A DNA stretch of 64,000 nucleotides from Tubulanus polymorphus (GCF_964204645.1 NC_134033.1:6782231-6846230), one strand, 5' to 3'; shown: positions 25,310 to 38,400, numbered from the stretch's first letter. Notes: generated by a model from the letters alone, not told the origin. A program made the numbers and translations.

Positions 25310-25670
25310 TAGCGTTAAGAAAAAGCCTTGATCCGAGAAACAAATTAAATGGGCAAGAGAATTAGGTAAAAGATCTGCAGAATTAAAAAAAGCAAAGAAA
25401 AAGAAATTAACTGATATAAATGAATCACAGACTTTATCTGATATTGATTCAAATAATAATCCATCTGATTCTTCTAATGCTGGAAGTAATTATAAATTAT
25501 ATATTACAATTGGATTAGTAACGGTTATTATATTATCCGGCGTAATATATATATCAAAATTCAAATCTGATGATAAAGATGATTCCAATGACAATGAACC
25601 TATCATACCAGAAAATAAGTCAAATCCTAAAACCATTGAAAATAACCCAAGATTATTATTAATGGATTAA
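25302..25670 (+). pseudogene. Polinton hypothetical protein B with TM segment
   Basis: KKP*SEKQIKWARELG homologous to 18630-19030; hydrophobic LYITIGLVTVIILSGVIYI. Confidence 0.6.
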
Positions 25671-25676
25671 AAGAAG

Positions 25677-26781
25677 ATGAAAAAAGAACAATATTTAAGA
25701 GATTTATATTATAACCCAGAAAGTGAAGTATCATATTCTAACGTTTCAGAATTATGGAATAAAATTAAATCTGATAATGAAAATGGTGCCGTACGGCACC
25801 CACACGGTGATATAAAATATAGTGAATTAAAATCATGGTTACAAAATCAACCAACATATCAAATCCACAAGAAAATGGATAAAACTTATTTAACAAGAAA
25901 AGTAATGTTTTCATATATCGATCAACAATGGCAAGCAGATTTAATTGATATGAAGAACTTAGAGGAATACAACAAAGGATATTTCTGGATATTAAATGTT
26001 ATAGACATATTCAGTAGATACGCATGGTCAATTCCAATCAAAAATAAAACTGGTATAGAAGTAACAAATGCTTTTAAATCTATATTTAAAGAAGCTATTC
26101 CAGATAAGATACAATTTGATGAAGGTAAAGAATTTTATAACAAACATTTAAAAAAAACTATTATCCGATAACGATGTAGACTATTTTTCAACACACTCAG
26201 ATAAAAAAGCATCTATTATAGAAAGATTTAATAAAACATTGAAAACTAGAATGTGGAAATATTTTACTGCTAATGAAACATATAAATATATCGATGTATT
26301 AGATGATTTAGTGAAAGGTTATAATAATTCTAAACATAGTTCTATAAATATGAAACCTATACAAGCTAGAAAAGAAGATAATTCGGAAATAGTTTGGAAT
26401 AATTTATATGGAGCATTTGTTACACATGATTTCGGAGAACCTAAATTTAAAATTGGACAACACGTAAGAATATCTAAATATAGAAAAACCTTTTATAAAG
26501 GTTATACCCCAAATTTGTACAGAAGAAATATTCAAGATTAAAAAGATAATATTAACTAAACCATTCGTTTATAAATTAGAAATCTAAAAAATGGAGAAAT
26601 ATTAGGTTATTTCTATGAACAAGAATTATCACTTGTACCAAATCCAGAGGAAATAGAATACAAAATAGAAAAGTATTGAAAACAAATACTCTTAAAGGAA
26701 AAAAGTATTCTTTGGTGAAATATAAAGGATACGATGATAAATTTAATGAATGGATTTTATCTAGTAAAATTAAAAGAATAA
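25677..26781 (+). pseudogene. Polinton RVE integrase with chromodomain (frameshifted)
   Basis: LYYNP, WQADL, IDIFSRYAW, QFDEGKEF, IERFNKTLK (D-D-E), KHSSINMKP, KYKGYDDKFNEWI. Confidence 0.92.
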
Positions 26782-27370
26782 ATGAATAAAGATTTATTTA
26801 TATTTGAACCGCATAATATGTTAGTTACTGGTGTAACCAATTGTGGTAAAACACATTTCATATTAGATTTGTTAGAAACTATTTATAAGAATCATTTTGA
26901 TAATGTAATATTATTCTGCCCTACTTATGAAATGAATAAAACATATAATAGAGATATAGTTAAGATAAAAAAGTTTATTATATTAAATCCTAAAACAGTA
27001 AAAGAAAATTTAGATAATTGTATAAAAATAGCACTTGATACTTATAAAGGATCAAATACATTATTCATTGTAGATGATTGCGCAAATTTACATGATTCAA
27101 AAGTGAGAGAAAGTGAGTTATGTTATCTAGCTTTCTCTGGAAGACATTTCGGGATAACAACAAGGGTTTTAAATCAAAAATATAATTCAATTGTTAAAGA
27201 CTTTAGGGAGAATATAAGATTTCTAGTTTTATTCTACAATAAAGATAGAAAATCTATGCAACAATCATTGGAAGAAAATCAAATTATACCTACTGAATTA
27301 CATGATGAATATATGTTCAAAATTATTACTGAGATTACAATTTCCCTATGAATATAAATTTATAAAATAA
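26782..27370 (+). CDS. A32/FtsK-like packaging ATPase (C-terminal lesion)
   Basis: Walker A GVTNCGKT, Walker B IVDD, SGRH, LNQ...FRENI. Confidence 0.9.
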
Positions 27371-27877
27371 CTATCTATATATCTATCTAATACGTATTAA
27401 ATACGTATTAAATACGTATTAAATACATTAATACTTAAAACCCCCTTTTTTAAATGAATATTATTCATACAATTTTCAACCAATTTATTTTTATTTTTTC
27501 AACTAATATATGAATAAGTTTGAAAATAAATATTCCTGAAGATGACTATTAGGATATAGTCGAAATAAACTACTATCTCGAAGTTTCATTTTCGGACTTT
27601 TTATTATCATTGTGGGATTCTCTCCTCATCGCGTCAACACGGATATTGTGTTCTACCTATCGTGATTTGAAAATAATAAAGGTTATTTATTACTACTGAG
27701 GTTTCAATATAAATTTAAAAAAGAAATATAATTTAAGGTATTTTCAAATAATATGTATTAGATATGTATTAGATACCCTATTAGATGCCTTAAATACTTA
27801 AAACCCCTTTTTTATTTACTATTATTTTATACAATTTACAACTAATATAATTATTTGAGTTAAATATAATTAATATC

Positions 27878-28738
27878 TTAATCACTTTCATCATCACTCT
27901 CCAATTCACTATCAGACCCTAACAATTTATTCAAATTCTCTACCGAATTTTCTTCTTCAAATTCTCTATTTTTTTTATACTTATTTTTCACCTTTTTTAC
28001 CGCATCATCAATAGTTGTTTCATTGTTATGCTTATTCATCCAATCAAATTTATCATTATTTTCTACTTTATGTTTCATAGAATCTTTATAAGTGTTTGCT
28101 ACTAATATTTCATTTACAGTGTTTGATCCTAATATTTCATTAGCATCGGTTAGATCTAATTCATCTTTATTAGGTGTTGCTAATAATAAATCTTCATATA
28201 TTTTTTCACCATTTAATTTTTGATTTGGAACAAACTTTGAAACATATCTAAATGGGTGTTCTATAAATTCTTTTAAACCAACACGTTCTATAACATTATT
28301 TATATGTACCCTTGTATTCATATGTTTATTCCAATTTGATGTAGCGTTTGAAAATTCACTTTTACAATATCCACAATAATTTCTATTTTCACTAACATTT
28401 AATATTATTTCATTATTAGATGTAGAGGGTATTACATTATTAGATGTAGAAGGTATTACATTATTAGATGTAGTAGGTATTACATTATTAGATGTAGAAG
28501 CTATTACATTATAAGATGTAGAAGGTATTACATTATTAGATGTAGAAGGTATTAAATTACTTAAATTATCAACAACTTCACTTTTATTATTATCGATTTC
28601 TATTAGTTTAGTTTTATAAATTTTGAAAATAGGATCAAATATCAAAGCTATATTACAAGGTATTACATAATATAAACCATCATTATTTTCATGTGTATCG
28701 ATGTATGGAATATGTTTATATACTTTACCTCCTTCCAT
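27878..28738 (-). CDS. Hypothetical protein with IPSTSNNV repeats and C2H2-type zinc finger
   Basis: Intact 286-aa ORF; six 8-aa repeats; CGYC...HMNTRVH. Confidence 0.7.
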   Translation of the reverse strand: MEGGKVYKHIPYIDTHENNDGLYYVIPCNIALIFDPIFKIYKTKLIEIDNNKSEVVDNLSNLIPSTSNNVIPSTSYNVIASTSNNVIPTTSNNVIPSTSNNVIPSTSNNEIILNVSENRNYCGYCKSEFSNATSNWNKHMNTRVHINNVIERVGLKEFIEHPFRYVSKFVPNQKLNGEKIYEDLLLATPNKDELDLTDANEILGSNTVNEILVANTYKDSMKHKVENNDKFDWMNKHNNETTIDDAVKKVKNKYKKNREFEEENSVENLNKLLGSDSELESDDESD

Positions 28739-28770
28739 TTATTATACATATTTTTATTAAAGTTAAAATT

Positions 28771-30018
28771 TTAATACATAACACTATTCAATTGAGAATT
28801 TACAATATTTAATTGCGCGTCAGATATAATATAAATGTGCATTTTGAAATTTTTGATTCCTTTATTCTTTGTCATGAATAATTGTATTCCATCTTTAGTG
28901 TTTTGTAATTTTTTTCCAGAACCATGTAATGAATTATCCTCTGTTGTTCTAAAATCTAACCATAATGCATATTTATTACCGGTATAATAATCAATTTGAT
29001 TAATGTTACAATTTTCAGATGATTTTACGTTTTCATTCATAAAATGTTTTCTAATTTCTGGCCATTGATCAATCATTCTCATTCCTTGGCAAAATATTTT
29101 ATTTGCTATTCCTTCGATAGTTATTTCTTCTTTAGTTATTTCAGGATTATAATAATTATCAACATTTATTGCGCCATTAGTATATGTTGCAATGGTAAAA
29201 ATATTAATATACCTTTAATAGATCTTCTTGGGAAGTTAATATTCTCATTAATTATTTCATCATTTGCATTAATAGTTACGGTTTTAAATGTATCAATATA
29301 ATCATATAATAATGAAAATCCTTGATTGTATTGAGTTTGAATTATACTTGAAATATTTTCATCAGTTACTGTGTCTTATTCTAAACATATATTCGATAAT
29401 TTATAACTCATATCTTTATTAACGCTAGATATTTCAATTTCATTAAGAGGAGCAAATGTTATTTCGAATATAACGTATTCTTGAATTGCGTATTTATATA
29501 AAGGTGCATTGTTATTTATCAATTCAAAGTCTAATGGAATTTTATATTTGCTTCCATATATACTTTTTATCAATTTATCTACAGCATTAGTTAATATTGC
29601 GCTATTAGCTTCTGATCTTAATTCATTTTGGTTTTCTGATTGGATGCCTTGAAATATCATATTATTTCTATTTTTCTTTAGTTAACCATAAATCTTTATA
29701 ATGCATAAATCAATTATAATCATCTAATGAGAAAACTGTTTCTGGACCAATCTTTATAGTTAATTTTTTAATCAAATATCTTCCAACATTATCAACAACA
29801 TAATTATCATTATTACCGATTACTTTTATATCGGCAGATAAATAAATACTATTTGGAACGTAAAAAGTATTTTGTGTTAATCGAGGAATTCTAACATATA
29901 AAGTTTCATCGGGATTGATATTAGAAGGGTTATGAGTAATTATATGATGTGATCTTTCTGCTTTAATAGCATTAGATATTCTATGATTCTTAGAAGGATT
30001 GATATAACTCCCACTCAT
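28771..30018 (-). pseudogene. Major capsid protein (double jelly-roll, Polinton type)
   Basis: ITHNPSNINPDETLYVRIP, NVGRYLIKK, KIPLDFEL, LSNICLE, ALWLDFRT...LHGSG, DAQLNI; ~415 codons; assignment from recalled Polinton motifs. Confidence 0.75.
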
Positions 30019-31448
30019 TTATTTGACAAAAAAATTAATTATTTATTTTTTAACATATTCACTAACCCAAAAATAATAGCACTTACAACTGTAATTAAAA
30101 ATAAAATAATATGTTCAGCAGCAAAGTTAAGAATATTCCCAGCAGATTTCAATATTAAACCAACAATTGACGCAATAACTCCGGGTAAAGCTGCAGCAGA
30201 TTTTTTAGATAGTTCCCATAAATATTTTGCTAATTTCTTTAAACCATCCTTAACTTTATCTTGTATAGAATTATTATCATTCGGGGTTTATCCGGTTTAT
30301 TGGGAGTAGGAGTAGATTTCAGTGAATTTGATATAGCTAAACCTATTGTCGTAAATACCATAGTTACTGCTGTTAGAATTGAAAGAATTGTGATTCCTTC
30401 AAACTTAAATAATAATTTTATTCTATCTTTCAATAATATTTCAGAATTTGGTTTAATTATTAAATCTTTAACAACAACTTTTAATCTATTAATACAATAA
30501 TTATATGATTTTTTTAATAATTTAATTTCTTCTTTCTGAAATTCTATGTTATATTCTAAATTATCAATTTCTTTTCTAAATATGCATTTCTTTTTTTAAA
30601 TTCAATTTCTTCATTAACTTTATTATCTCTATCTAATTTTAATTGTTCTGATTCTTTTCTTGATTTAAATAATTCATATTCTAATTTTAAAATCTCTTAT
30701 ACTTTTATCATGCGCAAATTTATCAGCTTTATTTTGTATACTAATAATTTCTCTAATTGCTTTATCAGAAAATATATTTAAATCTTCTAATTCTTGTTTT
30801 GTTGCATCAAGTAATCCATTTGGTAAAAGTTTTTCAGTTTGAACTCCTCTTGAATTAGGTTTACTAGTTTTGGAAGTTATATTCTGTTCAGAAGTTGTTT
30901 CTGTTTCTAAATTATTATCGATTGTTTCAAATAATTCATTAATTCTTTGTTTAAATACTCTTTCATTTTTAATAATTTCTTCTTGTGTTACATCTTCTAT
31001 TTCATTACTATTTCTTATTCTTTTAATTCTAGATAGGTCTAACTTAAGCAAAGTTGATTCTGCTAATATAATAATCATCTTTCAAATGATAATAATATTC
31101 ACCATCTAAAGATTTTACTTCTTGTACTAAAAGTCTGGCGCCTCTGGCATTTATATTATATCCAGATTTTTCAAATATAGGTTTGGAATTATAAATATAT
31201 TCATTATATTCTAAATTTTGTTTTACTAAATCTGGATTTTCATTTTCAGGATTTAATCTCGATCTAGTTCTTCTATCAAATTCATCTGTTGATTGGCCTT
31301 TAGAACCACTATCTGCTAAATTAGAATTATATGCTGATTCATTACCATCATCAATATTAGTTTCTGCATCATTATAATCATCATCAATATATCCTTCATT
31401 ATTATTTCCCATACCTTCCATTTCATAATCTTCTCCACCTTCTGCCAT
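30019..31448 (-). pseudogene. Acidic/coiled-coil protein with C-terminal hydrophobic helices
   Basis: Fragments 31044-31448, 30674-31078, 30239-30433, ending AAALPGVIASIVGLIL...AEHIILFLITVV. Confidence 0.65.
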
Positions 31449-31463
31449 TTACATAATAAAAAA

Positions 31464-31701
31464 TCAAAATTTAAAATATAATATTCCTCCGATTACAATT
31501 CCTATACAGGTTAAAGCTAATTTAGTATTTTCATGGGATTTATTATCATCATTTAGTTTAATTATTTCATGTTGAATATTATCAGTTTTTATATCTTCTG
31601 ATGTATTGTAATCTTTTATTTTAGAATCATTATTTAATTTAATATTATTAGTTTTAGTTTCTGTTGATTGAATGTGTTTTTTATTTTTTTTCACCTTCCA
31701 T
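31464..31701 (-). CDS. Small protein with C-terminal TM segment
   Basis: LALTCIGIVIGGILYFKF; start region ambiguous. Confidence 0.5.
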
Positions 31702-32763
31702 TAGTTTTGGAGCAGTAATTATCTTTTATTTATATCATTTAATCCAAATGAATTATTTATTGTTGCAGTTTTAATTAGATTATTATAACCAATTATGTTT
31801 CCCATCTTTAATACTAAATCATTAGAAATAATTAATAGATTAGGGCCTATACAATAATTTAATCTAATATGTGATTTATCTAAATAATTTTGATATCTTA
31901 CAATGTTTTCCGGAATCGATCTATTTTTATCATTATGAATTGAATCTTCAAATAATACTTTAAACTGTTTCTGCGCATCGAATGAAGTGTTATCATTTCC
32001 AGTTATTGGTTATCTTGTTTCAACTGGCGCACCTAAAATACATATCAAATAAGTTCTAATAGATTGATTTATTCTTTGTATTCCAGCTTAAGTAAAACTT
32101 TCACTATTTTCTAAAATGAAATTAACCCAACCATTATTATTATCAATTTTATAATTATGATAAGCTGAAATTCTATGCATATAATCAATTCTTTTTAATT
32201 CAAACTCTTCACCAACACCTTGCAATTTACCATGCGCTCTAAAATCGGAATTAATATTTATATTAAATTCATTACATATTTTATAAAACTTAGATAGATT
32301 AATATTATTATCCAATTCTTTAAAATATTTAGACCCGGGTAAAGGACATTCTAATACATTTAATATTATTCTGATTTGAAAATATGTGTGAAATCTAAAT
32401 ACTGTGAGAATTAATTTTAAATCAGAATACTTCAAATTTTTATCTAAGTTATTGAAATGATCATTCCAACTTATTCCACATCCTGTTGTTGCACAATAAA
32501 CAGCAAAATCTAATTGGTTCTGCCATTATTTCATATTAGATTTTACTTTATATATATGATATTCATCTCGAGTAAAAGTAACTTCATATGTATTAAATAT
32601 ATTTTCCATTTTAGAAATAAAAAACTGTGATTCAGTAACATAAATTTCTAAATTAGTTAATGAATTTAAAACTACATTTTTATATGTAATATTTTTCTTA
32701 AAATCTATTGCAGGAATATTATATTTAATTGATTTATTATATTGGAAAGCTTTTGAACCCCAT
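31700..32763 (-). pseudogene. Conserved Polinton hypothetical protein
   Basis: WQNQLDFAVYCATTGCGISW, VFRFHTYFQIR...CPLPG, AGIQRINQSIRTY, DAQKQF; several stops. Confidence 0.7.
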
Positions 32764-32779
32764 TTATATAATTAAAAAA

Positions 32780-33214
32780 TCAATAATTAACTAATTCTTT
32801 TAATAATTTATCTTGTTCTTCAACTGTTATATGACCATTTAAACTTATTATATAATCTAGTGTATTCTTTAATTTATTAATTTCTTTTATATTAGTTTTA
32901 ATTTTTTCTTTATTACTTTTTATATTTAATTTTGAACTTATACCAGTTAAAACACTTGAACTTAATCCTAATACACCAATTGATATAGCTAAAGGTGTTA
33001 ATGGACTGAATATTGCTAGAAATGTTATTACAGAACTAATTGTAACCGAACCACTTATAATAAAATAATATATAATTTTAGATTTTAAATATTTTTTCTT
33101 TTTAACTTTTAAGTCACTTTCAAATTCTAATATTTGTTTTTCTAAATATGTTTTTAATTTAGTTTTATTTATATCATGAGGAATAATATCAATATTATCA
33201 ACTTTATCTTCCAT
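32780..33214 (-). CDS. Two-TM hypothetical protein
   Basis: Intact 144-aa ORF with two adjacent hydrophobic helices flanked by Lys-rich segments. Confidence 0.7.
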   Translation of the reverse strand: MEDKVDNIDIIPHDINKTKLKTYLEKQILEFESDLKVKKKKYLKSKIIYYFIISGSVTISSVITFLAIFSPLTPLAISIGVLGLSSSVLTGISSKLNIKSNKEKIKTNIKEINKLKNTLDYIISLNGHITVEEQDKLLKELVNY

Positions 33215-33234
33215 TTATTTAGCAAAAAAAATTA

Positions 33235-33657
33235 CTAATTAGTAAACTTATGAGCAACAAATATAACAATAACAATTCCACCTAAAATCCATATTATTTC
33301 ATATTTCTGTTGTTCTTTACTTGGGGTATAATAATCTGATAAATTAGGTTTGTATAGATGTAATTTTTCTTTATTTGTTACTGCGTTATATAAACTCATT
33401 GCATCATCAACTGATTGAAAATCTCTATGTGAAATCTTCTGATCATATAGTTCTTTATTGATGTAATCCATATAGTTTTGTCGTTTTTCTCTATATTCTT
33501 CCGTTGCTTTATTATATTTCTCTAATGCTAAGTTATGTCTTTTTTGTTCTGTTAATGATCCATTTTTATCAATATGTTTAAATAAATATCCACCACCAGT
33601 AAATGCTAAAGCGTTAACAATTGCCGATCCTATAATAGTTATAACTGCAGAAGCCAT
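33235..33657 (-). CDS. Conserved Polinton protein with hydrophobic N-terminus and C-terminal TM
   Basis: IVNALAFTGGGYLF...EQKRHNLALE...LSDYYTPS motif set. Confidence 0.75.
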   Translation of the reverse strand: MASAVITIIGSAIVNALAFTGGGYLFKHIDKNGSLTEQKRHNLALEKYNKATEEYREKRQNYMDYINKELYDQKISHRDFQSVDDAMSLYNAVTNKEKLHLYKPNLSDYYTPSKEQQKYEIIWILGGIVIVIFVAHKFTN

Positions 33658-33681
33658 TTATTTAGTAAAATGATTATGCAT

Positions 33682-33897
33682 TTATATGGGAGGAATATAT
33701 TTTTGTTTTTCCAAATAATCAATAGTTAAATTAGATAAAGTAACCGCTAATGTTAATTTCAAAATATCATTTATATCAAATCTATCAACATTAACACTTC
33801 CCATTTTAAATACTTTTTTTAATACCATTGAATCACCAACAGTTCCAAGTAATGCGCCATTATATAATCCAGTTATTATCCACTTATTATCACTCAT
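33682..33897 (-). CDS. Small hydrophobic Polinton protein
   Basis: 71 aa, GLYNGALL...DILKL...DYLEKQKYIP. Confidence 0.65.
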   Translation of the reverse strand: MSDNKWIITGLYNGALLGTVGDSMVLKKVFKMGSVNVDRFDINDILKLTLAVTLSNLTIDYLEKQKYIPPI

Positions 33898-34254
33898 TTA
33901 TTTATCAAAAAAATTACTATCATCAAAATATTTAGTTATCTTATTTATGATTAATTCAACATTTATTTCATTACTAGTTTCATTTGTATATATTTCAATT
34001 ATTATTTTTTTAATATCATCGATGATAAAATCTTCATCTAATTCATAAAATCTTAAAGATTCTCTAATTAAATTAGTAATCTTTTCTACATTTAAAGTTT
34101 CTTTATCTATTGTTGTTTCATACTCAAATGTTTTTTCATTAGAAAATGTAATATTTTTGATATGTGTAATTACATCATTAACGTTAAATTTCATTTCTTT
34201 CTCATGTTTAAAATCAAACCCAAAACATATACTCGGCCCAACAGTTATATTCAT
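33898..34254 (-). CDS. Hypothetical protein
   Basis: 118-aa ORF with TAAATG start; its stop abuts the next start. Confidence 0.6.
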   Translation of the reverse strand: MNITVGPSICFGFDFKHEKEMKFNVNDVITHIKNITFSNEKTFEYETTIDKETLNVEKITNLIRESLRFYELDEDFIIDDIKKIIIEIYTNETSNEINVELIINKITKYFDDSNFFDK

Positions 34255-34270
34255 TTATATAGTGAAAAAA

Positions 34271-35025
34271 TTACTCTTTACATCTTATAACTAATTCATA
34301 TATCACAGGAAAGTTATTCAAATCAATTAAATAACCATTATGATTTCTTATTTCTAATTTAAAATTATTGAAATGTGGAATACAAGGTTTGAAATCACAT
34401 TCAGTTAAATTATAATTTATTTGAGTTCCAAATTGTTTAACATTTTTAGCGGTAAAATATTTAGTATACTAGAACTACAAATTGTTTCTTTAGTTGCTTC
34501 AAAAGTTTTTGTAGGCTCGATTAAATTGCAATAAATATAAAAGTGTGTAAAAGGTATTATATTTGAGCTGCCTTCTGCGTTTCCAGTAACTGTGGGCGGT
34601 TTAATTCCTAACATTTTAGCCAGTGGTTTGTTTACCATAAATTTATGTTGTTCATTAGATATCTTTATTCTTATTTTATTAGTACTATCAATTTTATTAA
34701 ATTTAATTTCAAATACAGAAGTGCCCCCGATTTTCAACCGAGCTCTTCTATTAATTTCCTGCGCTAATGATTCTAAATTATATAATCCTGGTTTCAAAAA
34801 TATATGAAACCATTTATCTTTATTTCTCATATAAATCATAAACCCTCTATGTTCAAAAGTTTTATCTGATATATTATGAAAAGAATTACATAAACTTATA
34901 TTTACTTATATTAAATCTACACAATTCTTAAATTCTCTATCTAATTGTACTAGTAAATTATGAGATTTATAATTTGTAAGTTTTCTAGAATCAACAAATA
35001 TTCTGTATTCTTTTAATTCCACCAT
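34271..35025 (-). pseudogene. Minor capsid (penton-like) protein, frameshifted
   Basis: PGLYNLESL, LAKMLGI, YIYCNLI, C-terminal FKLEIRNHNGYLIDLNNFPVIYEL. Confidence 0.7.
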
Positions 35026-35042
35026 TTATTTTACATATTTTC

Positions 35043-35396
35043 TTATTCGAAATCTATTTCATGGTGCCCTTTTTCATTCTTACCTTTGTATACGAAATAG
35101 AAATCTCCAGAACATAATTCTTCTAAATCTTCACTTGATAATCTATGAAATCTATCCGGTAAATATGTTCTGAATTTATATGTATTTCCTTTTAATCCTT
35201 CATATTCTAAGTGTATAACAAATTTATCTCCATAGTTATTAGTAATTGTATCAATATTTGTAATTAGATATTTCGTATGGATTGTTAATTCTGTTAACTT
35301 TTTGAATTTATAATCTACAGATTTTACATTTGTGATATCTTTAATTCTATCTAGAAATAATTTGTTGTTCTCACTGTGTGTTTGTTTACTCTCCAT
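35043..35396 (-). CDS. Hypothetical protein
   Basis: 117 aa; FKKLTEL...NYGDK...YLPDRF...GKNEKGH; homolog at 19150-19493. Confidence 0.7.
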   Translation of the reverse strand: MESKQTHSENNKLFLDRIKDITNVKSVDYKFKKLTELTIHTKYLITNIDTITNNYGDKFVIHLEYEGLKGNTYKFRTYLPDRFHRLSSEDLEELCSGDFYFVYKGKNEKGHHEIDFE

Positions 35397-35425
35397 TTAT
35401 AATACATATTTTTATTAAAATTTGA

Positions 35426-38400
35426 TTAACACGTTAGAATTCTTTTCATTATCTCGTTCTCTTTTGTTTCTTCTCTTTTAAATTTTAAGTATTCATCTAA
35501 ATTGCAACCATAAGCAACTGTATGAATTCCATCATCCAGAATATATCTTTTATCATCAAATGGGTTTAGACTTATCTTTTCAATTTCTTCAATAAACATT
35601 TCATGATCTTCAGATCTTAAACATCTCATCTTATGTTTTCTAACTTCTTCATTGAATAGACAATTGATGTAATCTTTGAAATGAATATTCTTTTCTACTA
35701 CATTTTTGGATATTCCTTTTAACTTTTTAGATTCATGTTCTTTAGTTTTATATCGATCTAATACCAATGAATTCAATCATTTCTTCACCGCCTAATTCAT
35801 TTTTGAATTTACCGGGAACTTTTTATTATCATTGCTAAACAATTCATGATCTTTAGGATAGTTACTGAAATCAAAATGATGTTTTAATGTTTTTAAATCA
35901 TCAGTTATGTTATCAGTTTTTATCTTCAATATGTAACTGTCAGTATCAAAATATAATATTTTTATATGTTTTTCTCCAAAAAGTGGTTGTAATACATTAT
36001 AATAGAATTCATACATTAGTAATTTTGATAATTCTAAAACTGAAGCGCCAACATAGATTGGTTTATTAAATTTCATTGATTTTCTTCTCATCTTAACTGC
36101 AGCTAAATTTTCATCAAATATTCTGTTACCAATGAACTTAGGATATGATTGTAAATGTCTAATTCTTTTACCATTACTAACTAACTCAATATCATTTCTA
36201 TTACTAATATTTTCACAAGTCTTACCATAGAATGCATTATTCATTAACTTGAAGAAATCTTTCTCGAAATCAGTTTTAGCTTCAGTTCTCTGTTTGGTGT
36301 TAAAATCTATATATTTTTCTAACCACTTAGATTGACTGAATGAAATATATCTATGTACTTTTTTTAGAACCATTCCTTGTTTTAGATAAAACTTTAACAT
36401 TCTATAATGTACTACATAATTATATTTATCTTCTTGAGTTACCATTAACTTTTCTGTATGAATAAGATTTTCGGGTTTAATTCTTTTTTGATAATTTGAT
36501 AATTCTTCATGAGTAACGGTTTTATGTTCTGGACAGTATGCTAGATTTCTAGATTTAAATTTAATATGTTCAGGATATTCTAAATCTACAACAAAGAAGT
36601 AACCAGTATCTGAATCATCTGCAATATCTAGAATTCTTTTCTTCCAATCAAATTTATCATTATTTTCATTCTGTAAAACTTCACTTATTTCAAATACTCC
36701 ATAAGGTTGTGGTTCCATCATTGCCCAACCATACAAATTATTTGCATCTATATATAATAACTTATATCCAGGGTTATCATTTACATTGAAATATCTATCA
36801 CCTAATACACCTGAAACTCCTCCTCTTATAGATTTTTCAAATGATAATAATTGATCTATATTTGTTAACAAATCCATTTTTATATCTGTAAATTTTAATC
36901 CACAATCCCATGTTAAACCTGGTGATGAATAACAATGACATAGATCAATATTGAAATATTTTAGGTTTACATCTCTAAACCTTTCGAATATATCGGTTAA
37001 TAATAATACATCTGATTTTAAATATAAATCTACTAATTGCCCATGATTTTCTATTTTGAAATGATTCCAAATATTCAATGTTCTATTATATACTTCATCT
37101 TTAACATATTCATTTTTTAATTCATCATAAAATTGTTCTTTTAATAATTCAGTTATATTGAAATCATTATGTGATTTATAAAATGAATATGGAATTGCTC
37201 CTTTATATCTCATTAATTGAAAATCATCATTATTTGGATAGTGTTGTTTTAATATTTTTAATTCATCATCAACTAATGATTTTGATAAGTTATCTAATGA
37301 ACTATTTAAAAATCTATATGAATCTATAAATCTTAGGCAACCAAATTGGAATGATATATAATTCTCAGATGTTTTAGCTAACATTCTAAATTTATAAGTT
37401 GGTATTTTATCTTTTGATCTATTTGAATTTAATCTCTCTATTTCATTATTGATTTCTTCTATTTTATGGCATAACTGTTTGATGAATTAATGTGCATCAT
37501 ATCCTGATAGATTATGAAATATAACTGGTACAAAGTTAATTTTCTTAGCTTGTAAGTTACAATTCGCATGTGCAGCGCCTCTAAACTTTCCATTCAAATG
37601 ATCATGGTCTCTTACTTTTTTATCTTTATAATTAAATATCTTTTCACAATAATAACATTTATCTGCAAACGCAAATTCTTCTTTATCTTCTTCTGTCATT
37701 ATAATTTATATATTTGTATTCAATAATTTACTAAATCTTATTTCATATTCAATTAATAAGTCACAAAAATGATTGATAACATTTTCATTTCTATAATCAT
37801 AATATTCACTTTCAATTAGTTCTGGATAATCAGATTTAATATATAACCCGAAAGCTGCAGCTGATCGATGAATCTTTTTAATAGTATTTGTTATTGGTGC
37901 TTCTTCTGAAAAATCATTTTCATTAAAATTTAATTTCTTTCTTTTATAATATATTTCTTTTCTATCTTGATCGGTTAATTCTTTATTTAATGATTCAAAA
38001 TCTCCATATATAAGAAATGGAACTTTATTTTTGTAATCATATTTTTTGAATTCTAATATTTTATCTTTTTCATTTGGTAAAACTAATTTACAATAATCAT
38101 GATTTTCACATAATTGTTTATGATTTAATAATGTACTTTCATTACTGAATCTATGTAAAAATTTTCTACAAAGATATATTTTATGGTGATCATTTTCTGA
38201 TTTAAAAAATAAATCGATTTGTTTAATCCACATATAATGATTTTCATAATATAGTATATCTATAACATCGTTTGAATCATAATTTTTTGATAGATATAAA
38301 GGTTCTAATGTATAATGTTTTATGTTGTTACCTTTTGTATTTGGTAATTTGATTAAATCAAATACATTTATTCTTAAATTATTATCTCTTTCTATTTTTG

